Assembly (NCBI GenBank): GCA_951406725.2
Contig: OX597822.1
Span: forward strand, 11,780,001-11,844,000
Origin: Octopus vulgaris
Lineage: Eukaryota
Length of the DNA stretch: 64,000 nt
Reading direction: 5' to 3'
The translations under genes were made by a program, and so were the position numbers. Below, in pieces: positions 27,285-39,254 of this stretch. The notes under the pieces were generated by a model. That model was given only the letters and a program-made list of their open reading frames with translations, did no database searches and was not told the origin of the DNA. Within the stretch, counting starts at the first letter, position 1, and each line of letters opens with the position of its first letter.

Positions 27285-27572
27285 TATATATATAGAGAGA
27301 TATATATGTGTACAGACACAAACATACACACCTAAATATACCAGTGTTTGTGTATATGTATGTGTGTGTACGAGCGAGTGCGCATGTGCATATCGATTTA
27401 TTGCGGTTCGGTCTGAATATAGCTGGTTTAGTCCTTTATATTTTTGCATCATAATATCTTTTCTTGAGGATGCCCTTCAGCTCTTTTATGAAACTGAAGA
27501 AAACAGAACTGTTCTATATTTGGGATTGGAGAAGTGTCTCCATTGTTCAACATTCATAGAATGTTTGCCGTT

Positions 27573-27604
<32 letters not shown>

Positions 27605-27727
27605 TGAGTAAGAGAGAGAGAGAGATGAGTAAGAGAGAGAGAGAGAGATGAGTAAGAGAGAGAGAGAGAGATGAGTAAGAGAGAGAGAGAGAGAGAGAAT
27701 GAGTAAGAGAGAGAGAGAGAGAGATGA

Positions 27728-27780
<53 letters not shown>
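27573..27780. repeat. (GA)n tract periodically interrupted by TGAGTAA (compound minisatellite)
   Basis: ATGAGTAAGAGAG units occur six times. Confidence 0.9.
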
Positions 27781-27782
<2 letters not shown>

Positions 27783-27984
27783 CTACGAAAGTATTTCCTG
27801 GCGATATCTCAATTTTGTCTTATTTTTCTTTGCGCTTTCTAAATCTGCATCTCTGACTAACTGACGCTTCATAATCTTATTCTCGTTCTCATTGTTCCTG
27901 CGTGGAGATGAACTCAATCAAATACAAAGGTACATATGCATATATTTTACATATCATCCAGATACACATGTATATATTCTTTTG

Positions 27985-28341
27985 TTCTTTTACTTGATTT
28001 AGTCACTTGGCTGCAGCCATGCTGTAGCTCCACATTTAGTCGCACAAGTCGACCCCAGGACTTATTCTTTGTAAACCTAGTACTTATTCTATATTTCGCG
28101 CTTGCCGGAACGCTAAGGTACAGGGACATAAACACACCAACAACGGTTGTCAAGTGAATATGGGAGGACAAACAGAAACACATACACGCACACACGTACA
28201 CACGTACACATGCACATACAGTTTCCGTCTAACAAATCCACTCACAAGGCTTTGGTCCGCCTGAGGCTATAGTAGAAGCACCCAGTGTGCCATGCAGTGG
28301 TTGGTAATCAAGCTACTTACCACACAACTACTCCTGCGCCT
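27985..28341 (-). mobile_element. tRNA-derived SINE
   Basis: Same family as 20330-20785. Confidence 0.85.
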
Positions 28342-28348
28342 AATTATA

Positions 28349-29397
28349 CAGGGGTTAGGCAAAATAATGGAAACACATTAAAATTTCAAATTTCTTGTAG
28401 TGATGATGATGGAGGATATCGACTCCTTACTTATTTTTCTAAAATGCCCCATAAATGTTCAATAATATTGAGATCTGGGGAATGTGGCGGCCAAATAAGA
28501 CGTTCAACTTCACTAGAATCTTCCTCGTGCCATTCACTAACAACTTTAGCTATGTGAATTGGTGCATTATCAACCTGAAAGATTTCGTTTCCCTCTGGAA
28601 GCAGTTCTACAACCACAGGATGAATTTGATCAGATAAAATGCTTAAAAAGTCTTGACTATTATTTCTACCATGAATGGAAACCACTTAGTCGGTGGATTT
28701 TCAAGATATAGCTTCCCCAGATCATCACAGATCCTCCTCCATGTTTAACAGTTGGAAGAATGCAGAATGGCTCAAATGCTTCTTTTGGTTGTCTCCATAC
28801 GTATACTCGGCCAGTGGTCGAAGATAAGATAAAGTGTGATTCGTCCGAGAAATAACATTCTTCGACTGCTGTAGGGGCCAATTCTGTAGGTTTTTACTCC
28901 ACTCTAAACGCTTTGCAACGTTTGTTTTTGAAAGTAACGGGATTTTGATTACAGCCCTCCCCTGGGAGCTGTAATTTTGTGATCCTTTCTAACAATTTGC
29001 GTAAGAGTCCGACAGACCCTATCTGAAAGTTTTGGTTTTCGCCCGGAGTTTTGTTTCGACGAGGAGGTCTTTCCCGCTTTCTCAAAGGCTGTTATTACTT
29101 TCGAAACAGTACTTCTTCATACACCAAATATATCGGCTTCTTCGTTACGCACCTGGCATACAGGCACCAACAATTTAACCTCTTTAAAAGTCCGATCGAT
29201 CTGTTATATTAATGAATTTTAATTACCTTTTTTCTGGTGATATCTGAATATAAACATTAATTTTAGCAAAACGTATTAAGCAACACTAATAATAAACCAA
29301 AAATCTTTAAAATAAACAAGTTGTTGATGATTTTCTAGATATTTGAAAATTATGATGCTATGATGCTAGGTGTTTCCATTATTTTGGCCAACCTCTG
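28349..29397 (-). mobile_element. Tc1-like transposon, decayed
   Basis: TIRs CAGGGGTTAGGCAAAATAATGGAAACAC / GTGTTTCCATTATTTTGGCCAACCTCTG. Motifs FSDES, VKHGGGSVMIWG, QVDNAPIH and WPPHSPDLNIIEHLW. Confidence 0.93.
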
Positions 29398-29413
29398 TTT
29401 GTATATATATATA

Positions 29414-30025
29414 TTTGAATGCTGGACTACTGGTTTTAAATTGATATTAAATTAATATTAATTTATCTCCCTCAATTTTTAAATATTTTTTAAAAATACG
29501 TTCCCTAGTAGTAAGCTTTACCCGCAGTGAATTATTCACTGCAGCCCTTCGCTTCAGGAGTCTCTTAGCGCGCCGGAACCAAGACATTTGAAATTTTATT
29601 CCTGATGTAATCACTAAGACTAAGCACGTGTCTGTCTTGACACAGAGAGTTGGGGTTAGTCTTGCGGTTTGCATCTCGAGGACCGAATGTACTGAAGAAG
29701 TCACTGACACTTGAATTATGCAAGTAATTCTTTTGTTAAGACCGAAACCGAGGTATGCATTTAAGTCTATTTTTTATTTAATTTTTCATATGTCCTGCCC
29801 GCCAAATTTGGTTCTGGTGTTCGCTGAATTCTTCCTCTGGAGAATTTCCCTTGTAGTTTGATCGTTTATGATCTATTTCTAGCATTCTGGCCGGCTACCT
29901 AGCAGGCCAGCCCTGCCAATATACACATATATTTGAATTTTCTCTGACTCCTCAGATTCTTTGAATGCTGGACTACTGGTTTTAAATTGATATTAAATTA
30001 ATATTAATTTATCTCCCTCAATTTT

Positions 30026-30032
<7 letters not shown>
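29414..30032 (+). mobile_element. Retrozyme-like non-coding element: 546-nt unit with 73-bp direct terminal repeats and one hammerhead
   Basis: 29414-29486 equals 29960-30032. (TA)n on both sides. HHR at 29686-29761. No credible ORF. Confidence 0.78.
29686..29761 (+). ncRNA. Type I hammerhead ribozyme motif
   Basis: AATGTA CTGAAGA AGTC..GACC GAAAC CGAG GTA TGCATT. Predicted cleavage after 29755. A10.1:C11.1 mismatch. Confidence 0.78.
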
Positions 30033-30071
<39 letters not shown>

Positions 30072-30180
30072 CATATTCATGCACACACATATGTTTATAA
30101 AGTAACAAATGTATATCCTAGTCATACATGCTTAAATACGTACAAGCATAGATACATATGTATATCTGATGCATTTCATA

Positions 30181-30935
<755 letters not shown>

Positions 30936-30941
30936 TATTTA

Positions 30942-32128
30942 TCAGGTCATCCCATAAGTTCTGTCCGAATTTTGAATAAAGAAGACAAGTAATCAAACGT
31001 TATATTTAATTGAAATTTAATCATCAATGTACTTCCCTGATTATCTATGACTTCCTTCCATCTATTTACAAACTTTTTAATCCCATCAATGTAAATGTCT
31101 TTTGGTTTCAAAGCGAAGAACTCTGAAACGTCAGTTCCGATCTCCTCAAGGCCTGCAGAAGTTATGTCCCCCAAATGATTCTATAAACTACGAAACAAAT
31201 GGTAGTGTAAAGGAGCAAGGTCGGGAGAATAAAGTGGATGAGGAATTTTTTCCCAACCAGGCTCTTCGATCTTCTGTGATGTGGTCTTTGCAGCGTGGGG
31301 TCGTGTTTTCTCTTGATGAAACATCACTCCTTTTCGATTCACTAAAGCGAGTCTCTTTTTCTTCAAAGCTTGGTTTAAACACCCTAATTGCTGACAGTTT
31401 GACTTGAGCATTGATTGTTGCATTAGGTGGTAACAATTCAAAGTGAATTACTCCTTTGCAATCCCACCAGATAGAGAGAAGAACCTTTTCCCCATAAAGT
31501 TCCCTTCTCGTTTGTGGTTGAATTTTTTTCCTTTCACCAAGCCAGTGTTTACGACGTTTAACATTTCGATAGAAGATCCATTTTTCTTCACCAGTCACAA
31601 GTCTATCCAAATAGTGTGAAATGAGTTCGCGAGAATGGAGAGAAGAGCAGATGCCAACTCGGAATTTGCGGTTGCTTTCGGACACTTCATGAGGCACCAA
31701 TTTTCCAAGTTTAGGAACCTTTCCAAGTTGTGGAAGTTGTATGGCTTGAACTAAGCTTTATTGCCACTTGTTCAACTGATAATGCAAGATTTTCTTCAAG
31801 TAATGTCTCAAGAACTTATCATCAAACTCAACTTGACGTCTTGTTTGATCTTCATCTTCAATGCTGAAATCTCCACTTCTGAATTTTGCAGGCCATCTTC
31901 TGCAAGTTCTTTCATTCAAGCATTCTTTCCCATAAACTGAGTGTATGTTTCGTGTCGCTTCGGCTGCAGAGTTTCCTTTATTGTACTCATAAAGCATTAT
32001 GTGCCTCAAATGCTCTTTGGATATTTCCATGTTAGAAATGGTTTTAATCAAAGCCATTTTAATTCTATTCTAATATTTAATTCAATTGTAAAAATGTAAA
32101 ATCAGACAGAACTTATGGGATGACTTGC
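30942..32128 (-). mobile_element. Mariner transposon, frameshifted
   Basis: TIRs TCAGGTCATCCCATAAGTTCTGTC / GACAGAACTTATGGGATGACTTG with TA flanks. Motifs VPHE, LVTGEEKW and HPLYSPDLAP. Confidence 0.94.
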
Positions 32129-32130
32129 TA

Positions 32131-32193
<63 letters not shown>

Positions 32194-32208
32194 ACATACA
32201 TATATGTG

Positions 32209-32260
<52 letters not shown>

Positions 32261-32284
32261 GTGAATGTGTATAGAATAATATAT

Positions 32285-34180
32285 TAATTGAATAAAGTTA
32301 AAACATAGTATGGTTTTGAGTTTTTTTTTTAATAATGGTATTTTAAATTTAGCGCTTTCATACATAATGTACTCATCAGATCTCAAATGTGTTTAACTGA
32401 CAGTTGAGTTCTTGATAACTTTAGTATTTCCTAGAACTCTCCAACCAGCTGAATGTTTAGAATAGCTTTTTGATCAATCCCCATGCTCTTAAGCATCGCT
32501 ATTTGCCAGGAATACCGATATTCTGTAACTTGTTTATATTTATTAATCCACAACATTAACTGGTTGTCATATCATTGCTGTTATTTCCGTTCAGAGCAGA
32601 TTTGAACATTTTAATAAACCGTTTTTCTTTTATCGTTCTTCCAAACTCACTCGTGCCATGTAGTTTGTGAAAAGGAAAAATTAGAAACATTTTCTGACTA
32701 CAAGTCTCTATATGCTCAGTCAATGGAATTTGGCGAACATTGGTCTTCCGGATTTGTTGTGTGTGAACTCATGAGCTTTCCGATAATGCATTCCCTGTGT
32801 TGTCAATATTCACTTCCTTGCAATTCGGACATTTAATGCAGTAGATCAAATTTCTACTTTTGCATTTCATATCTGCATTTGCGAAAATCTGTCCAGCTTT
32901 TGTTCTAATTGATCTACCTGTAGGTATGCATTGACACGTTCCGTATCTGTTATCATTACACTTCTATACTGTGAATATATTACCCTGTTTTTTCATGTTG
33001 AATTTTGCATTAGTTAATAGTTTCTTTAGGTTTTGTGGTTGCATTTTGCTTAAGATAAGTGTTTGATAAGTTATGGTTTTTAATTTTTCACTTTGTTTTA
33101 TGATTGGTAAATATATTTTGATGATATTAAAAACATCTTGGTGATGCGGATTGTGTGTTACCTAGAAATAATAGTGTACTCCTTTGATTGGCTCGTTCTT
33201 TTCGTGTTGCCTTATATTGTTCTATAAGTATCTGTTTTGCTCGTTGTATGCTATTTTCTATAAGTAGGCGAGGATAATTTTGCTTGAGAAGAAATCCTTT
33301 GAGTTCTATAAGTTGCATATTCATGGTATTTGGATCATATACTATAGTACAAACTTTCCTGGCTAGACAGTACAGGTTGTTGCGTTTTGTGTCTGTTGGG
33401 TGGCATTATTTGAATTTTAGGTTCTGGCGCGTATCTGTGCTTTTGTAATGAACATTAGTTTTCATTGTACTATTGGTTTTAATAACCATTATGTCATGGA
33501 AATGGTAATTGTGTTGCTGATTTCTCTTGTGAATTGAAGACTAAGGTGCAGATTATTGAGGAGAGTGCTGAATTCTTACAGATTTTCTAGGGATTTTGTT
33601 CAAATTAGGAAACATTCATCGAGGTATCATTTCCATGTGTCATCTATATGGCTTCTAAAGGCCATACCGTAGTTTTCTTCAATTTTTTGATATAGGTTTT
33701 GTCCCAAGTATCTCAATACTGAGTTCTCGAAAACTGGAGCAAATTGTGTCTCCATAACTGTTCTGCGAATTTGGAGGTAGCTTCTCCCATTGTACTGTTT
33801 CGAAAAACTACATGACAAAAGGGAGGTTGGAAGAACGATAAAAGAAAACGGTTTATTAAAATGTTCAAACCTGTTCTGAACGGAAATAATATGATATGAC
33901 AACCAGTTAATGATGTGAATCAATAGATATAAACAAGTTACAGAATATCGGTGCACCTGGCAAACCGTGCTGTTTAAGAGCGTGCGGATTGGTCAAAAAG
34001 GTATTCTAAAAATTCATCTGGTTGGAGTGATCCAAGTGGTAATAAAGTTCTCAAGAGCTCAAGTGTCAGTTAAACATATTTGAAATCTGGTGACTACATT
34101 ATGTATGAAAGCGCTAATTTTGTTAAAATACCTTAATCGAAAAATGTGAAAACCAGACTATGTTTTAAATTTATTCAACA
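32285..34180 (-). mobile_element. 5'-truncated Penelope-like element (Neptune-like RT plus GIY-YIG remnants) with inverted pLTR arms
   Basis: Minus strand: YLQIRRTVMETQFAP and WK*YLDE (RT); CKSRNLIYCIKCPNC (GIY-YIG). 32288-32422 is inverted against 34044-34177 and each arm has an HHR motif. Confidence 0.85.
32346..32384 (-). ncRNA. Minimal hammerhead motif; second copy at 34083-34120 (+)
   Basis: CTGATGA GTACA TTA TGTAT GAAA GCGC TA, with palindromic stem III AGCGCT. Confidence 0.72.
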
Positions 34181-34251
34181 AATACATACATTCATACATA
34201 CATATATACATATATACATATAAACATACATACATACATACATACTAATAT

Positions 34252-34305
<54 letters not shown>

Positions 34306-34312
34306 TTATTTA

Positions 34313-34359
<47 letters not shown>

Positions 34360-34834
34360 GAGAAATAACCTCTATTAAGTGATTCAATATTAAAATATAA
34401 CTATATTTTATAGAAAACATTTAAATATACTATAATAAATATTATTCAAAAAATCACTAAATTAAATAAACATTAAATTGACTACGCAGAGGTTATTTCT
34501 TTGAATTTACTCTTTACTCTTTTACTTGTTTCAGTCATTTGACTGTGGCCATGCTAGAGCAACGCCTTTATTCGAGTAAATCGACCCCAGGGCGAATTTT
34601 AGAAGCCTAGTACTTTTTCTATAGCTCTCTTTCGCCGAACAGCTATGTTACGGGGACGTAAACACACCAGCATCGGTTGTCAAGCGATGTTGGTGGGACA
34701 AACACAGACACACAAGCATATACACACACATATGTACATATATACGACGGGCTTCTTTCCACATCATTGGAGTTAATTGCAGGGATCGCCAGTGTCTTAG
34801 TTTTTCCTATTTCAGACAACGGAAACTGGTATTT

Positions 34835-35200
34835 CAGACAACGGAAACTGGTATCTCAGAGTGCATGGATTAAAAGGGACCTCCCTAACAGGAAGCTCAC
34901 ATGGACTGAGCTGTGGAGGCTGGAACTTTTTGGCATCTCCTTCTTGCTGCGGGTAGTGTATGACACACCCCCAACGCCAACAAGCTTGCACGGATGGGTT
35001 TTGAGAGAAAAGAAGCTGTGTAGACTGTGTGGAAAAGGGGACACTCTGGAACACCTATTGGCAGTGTTTTGAGTAGCACTTTTTCAGGGTAGATATAAAT
35101 AGCACCGTGATAGGGTGCTTGCAACACTTGCTCACACCCTGGCGCAGGAAGGGCGCAAGAAACATCATTAGGAGAAGGCAACAGCAGCAATTAAGATTGT
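34835..35200 (+). mobile_element. HERO-like (RLE-class) non-LTR retrotransposon fragment inserted in a SINE (34515-34760)
   Basis: RKLTWTELW..ISFLLRVVYDTPPTPTSLHGW..CRLCG..LEHLL, followed by a decayed ALFQGRY..H..VL segment. Confidence 0.7.
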
Positions 35201-35218
35201 GAAGGGATATATATATAT

Positions 35219-35278
<60 letters not shown>

Positions 35279-35395
35279 ATATATATATATAGAGAGAGAG
35301 AGGGGGGAGAGAGGCCGGAAAAATCAACAAAAACACTGGAAAAAGGATATATGTATTTGCAATGGGACACCTTCGCATCGAAGACCGGTGATTGT

Positions 35396-35440
35396 CGTGC
35401 GCTGACGACGTGTAAATACCCAGAAACCCGGGTCCATGCG
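35396..35440 (+). ncRNA. Minimal type I hammerhead motif with canonical core, in a ~350-bp (TA)n-flanked insert
   Basis: CGTGCG CTGACGA CGTGTA AA TACCCA GAAAC CCGG GTC CATGCG. Palindromic stem III ACCCGGGT; stems partly decayed. Confidence 0.72.
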
Positions 35441-35659
35441 TATCACAACAGGTCGACGATGGGAAGGATGGCTTCCCTTTGCAAATACTGATAGGGCACA
35501 GAAAGTTTGTCAATAGCCAGCTGGAGGAGATGTCTTCCTGGGGCTACAAGTTAAAGTAGCATCCACCCTTAGTGGTTAGTCACATTTAAGTGGCAAACAT
35601 ACTTCACATTGTCGTGCAGTTATTGATTATACCTCGTTCAGATATTTATTATTTATTAT

Positions 35660-35778
<119 letters not shown>

Positions 35779-35816
35779 TATACATATATGTATTATGTAT
35801 ATATTTATATATATAC

Positions 35817-37270
35817 ATTTCGTTTTGGGATTTGGTTTGCAAGATTCTTTATATGAGTTCGTGTGTTGAAGCATGTTCTGTTGTGTCTGGGGAGGGTCAT
35901 TCTCTTTTAGTGCCTAACTATTTAACACACTCACTGGTAAAATTTCCACTTATTTTTATTTTTATTTTATAAAATTTTCGTTGCGTCTTGCAACCTTTTT
36001 AATAGTCTTGACTCTGTCCGTTATTTACATTGCGTTCCCTTTTGTTTGTTTGTTTGTGCTCATGTGTGTGGGTCAGTGTGTGTGTGCGTGAGCCTATACA
36101 TGCATACATGTAGGACGTACCCGTTTAAGAATACCATATGCACCAATGATAACTGCATGGTATGTAGAATTAGCCCTGGTATTAACTGTAGAACTCGAAA
36201 TATAGTTTACAGCATAAGATGCATAGAACGTGCTTGTAAGGACATGAACATGATGTACACAGGGGAGACGTCTAGGAGCATTGTGGAACGGATAAATGAA
36301 CATCTAAGACAATATGACGACAAAAAACAGTCCTCCATGCTCTACCAACATGCCAAAGACCACCATGGATGTAACTTGGGTCAATTTGACATCCGCATCT
36401 TATCCAAGCACCCAAAATACCCAACACTCAGACAAATACGGGAGTACGTCCTTATAAATGAGACTTCCCCAATATTAAATAGGAAATATACACAATAAAT
36501 ACCATATCTCCATACACACAGTTTACAAAGGTAGAGTAGAATAGTTAGTGGACTGTTAGGTAGATAAATGTATGTATGTATGTATGTGGGTGTGAGTGAG
36601 TGTGCATGCCTTTTTTTTACAATCATTATTATTGTTTGTTTTTGTTATATTTTTTATATTTTATATATTTTTTAAAATTTCTGTATGTAATCATTTAGAT
36701 ATGTAAATAAACAGATCAACATACAGATGGATAGATACTTAGGTTACAAGAACAGACACATATGGAGACACGGATCCACACATATAAAGATGCACATCCA
36801 TACATACAAACATGATAAATAGTTACATAACACACACACACAGATATGCACACACAAGGAGACAGAGGTGCATACACATACAAACACATGCTCACACACA
36901 CATACATAGAAAATACACAAACACGGACAGGCAAGCACATAAATATGCAGGATACGTACATATTGATGCACACACATACATATGCATACACACACATAAT
37001 CACATATATACATACACATGCAAACACACACACACATACATACGTACATGTATGAATGTATAGGCACACACGCACTGACCCACACACATGCGCACAAACA
37101 AACAAAATTGAACGCAGTGTAAATAACGGACAGAGTCAAGACTATTGAAAAGGTTGCAGGACGCAACGAAAGTTTTAGAAAATAAAAATAAGAAATAAGT
37201 GGAAATGTTACCGGTGTGTGTGTTACATTATAAGGCACAAAAAGAATATGACTCTCCCCAGACACAACAG
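35817..37270 (+). mobile_element. 5'-truncated Penelope-like element: GIY-YIG endonuclease ORF remnant with inverted terminal arms
   Basis: About 36115-36498 encodes CTNDNCMVC..NCRTRNIVYSIRC..C..YTGETSRSIVERINEH..HAKDHH..RQIRE..ILN. 35878-36112 is inverted against 37045-37270. (TA)n flanks. Confidence 0.9.
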
Positions 37271-37282
37271 TATATATATACT

Positions 37283-37490
37283 CTTTTACTTGTTTCAGTC
37301 ATTTGACTGCGGCCATGCTGGAGCACCGCCTTTAATCGAGCAAATCGACCCCGGGACTTATTCTTTTGTATGCCCAGTACTTATTCTATCGGTCTCTTTT
37401 GCCGAACCGCTAAGTAACAGGGACATAAACACACCAGCATCGGTTGTCAAGCAATGCTAGGGGACAAACACAGAGACACAAACACACACA

Positions 37491-37492
<2 letters not shown>
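37283..37492 (-). mobile_element. SINE 3' half
   Basis: Same family as 20330-20785. Confidence 0.85.
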
Positions 37493-37561
<69 letters not shown>

Positions 37562-37568
<7 letters not shown>

Positions 37569-38012
37569 ATGTTACATTACTCGGTAGTCAAGATAAAACT
37601 CTGAGTTTCAGATGCCGAAGTGGAAATCCACAACACCATCTCTTCGGTTATCTGGCTATTTGAAAACCTAATTATTTGAAAACCTAGTGATTATCGCCTA
37701 GCATCGGTGGAGGACTCTCACAAACAAAAGAATCTAATATGGACGCATATCACATAGATTATTCTATGAAAAATATACCGATCCCATCAAAGGATTTTTA
37801 CTCTAAGAAACTTCTGCAAATAAAAAAAAAAAAAGAGTTTTCAAATAGCCAGATAACCGAAGAGATGGTGTTGTGGATTTCCACTTCGGCATCTGAAACT
37901 CAGAGTTTTATCTTGACTACTGAGTAATGTAACATATTTTATAGATAAATTTCCTCTATTTACATAATATTGAGGTCTCTTTCTTTCTTTTGTTATCTTA
38001 CCGTTTCATCAA
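37562..38012 (+). mobile_element. Internally deleted mini-PLE: inverted pLTR arm, ORF start, then sense pLTR with hammerhead
   Basis: 37567-37666 is inverted against 37838-37938. 37739 begins MDAYHIDYSMKNIPIPSKDFYSKKLL, resembling the PLE N-terminal YSxKNIPIPS motif. HHR at 37851-37913. Confidence 0.75.
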
Positions 38013-39046
38013 TATATATATATATATATATATAAAACTCTAGTTGTGTGAGTGTCTGTCCCCTTCGATTTAGATTCCTAACTTCTCCCACATTTTGCGG
38101 TGCAGTTTAACCAAATTCGGGTTATCTTATAGTCGTGATTCATATCGAGCCCGTCTGACTATTAGCGCGCGTCAACGATGAGTCTACGATTTAAAAAATA
38201 ATTTAACATATATACATGCATATATGGGTACGGGACACCAAAAAAACGTCGAACACAATGAGAAACGAAAACATAAACACAAAACCAAGGAAATGGACAT
38301 TTTTCTGAAACAAAGAAAAAATCGAGTACAGGACATATAACACAAGGAAAATTCTCCTTCCTCAGTCACCTCTGTTTCATCTACAAATCAAGAAGCTCCA
38401 GAAATGCAGGATCACCCTGACCACGAGCACTCTCCCAAATGTTCTTCTCCAGTCTTGAAGTGCGTACATTGAGTAGGTCCATTGCTAATGTAAAACTTTC
38501 ATCGACTGCATTTCAAGACTAGTAGAGGGCTGAGAGCGCCTGACGACATTCCTGGAGCCAGACACGTAATCTTGGTTTTCTCTTTACACAGAACTGCAGC
38601 TCCGTCAAAGAGATGAGATGCGTTTCTTACAAATGAAGCTTACACGGACTCACTGTCCAGGAAAGTTTTTATGCAGCATAACGGCAGCGCGTGCACGCGT
38701 ATAAGATGCCATGGCAGGAAAAAGACCCGCCTTCTTCCAGAGAGCGTTAGCAATAGAAGGACTGACCACTGACCACTGGAACACATCGTTTCCACAGGAA
38801 ACGGAAAAGTATGCGCTCCAGTCTGATGGAACTTCGAGAGGAACAGGGACGACGGTCAGTTGATATTTATTACCGAAAAAATGTAGGAATTCATTACCTT
38901 TGCTTTACCTCTCAGGGATAGTTTCCTTTAAGCCCATTTCTGAGTAAGGTTGCGTTTACGTTTGCGCAGATAGTTATACAACTTACGGAAAAATAGAATG
39001 GAACAGACAGGATAATACTAGAGAGGAGAAGCATGAAGAAAATATA

Positions 39047-39088
39047 GTCATTGAGAGGTGACAGAAGGTGTCACGAAAGAACTATAAC
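39047..39088 (+). ncRNA. Decayed hammerhead-like motif related to 17967-18006
   Basis: GTCA TTGAGA G GTGACA GAAGG TGTCAC GAAAG AA CTA TAAC. Downstream AGTGCGTGTGTTT-ATTGGC is shared with about 18073-18093. Confidence 0.5.
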
Positions 39089-39222
39089 AAATAAACTAAT
39101 AATAAAGTGAAGTTCAAATAAACAGTGCGTGTGTTTATTGGCAATATAACCTTCCCGAAATATAGCAATAACTTTTCCAACACACGATATCTCATGAAGA
39201 TACTTGCAAAACACCTACTTAG

Positions 39223-39254
<32 letters not shown>

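Noticed and set aside
27463-27514. TTGAGGA..CTTCAG..CTGAAG AAAAC AGAACTGTT hammerhead-like string
   Set aside because: Core, G12 and stem I are all defective. It may be a decayed HHR but cannot be supported alone.
27573-27780. Regularly spaced TGAGTAA repeats considered as a CRISPR-like or telomere-like array
   Set aside because: The spacers are only variable (GA)n, consistent with a slippage-generated compound microsatellite.
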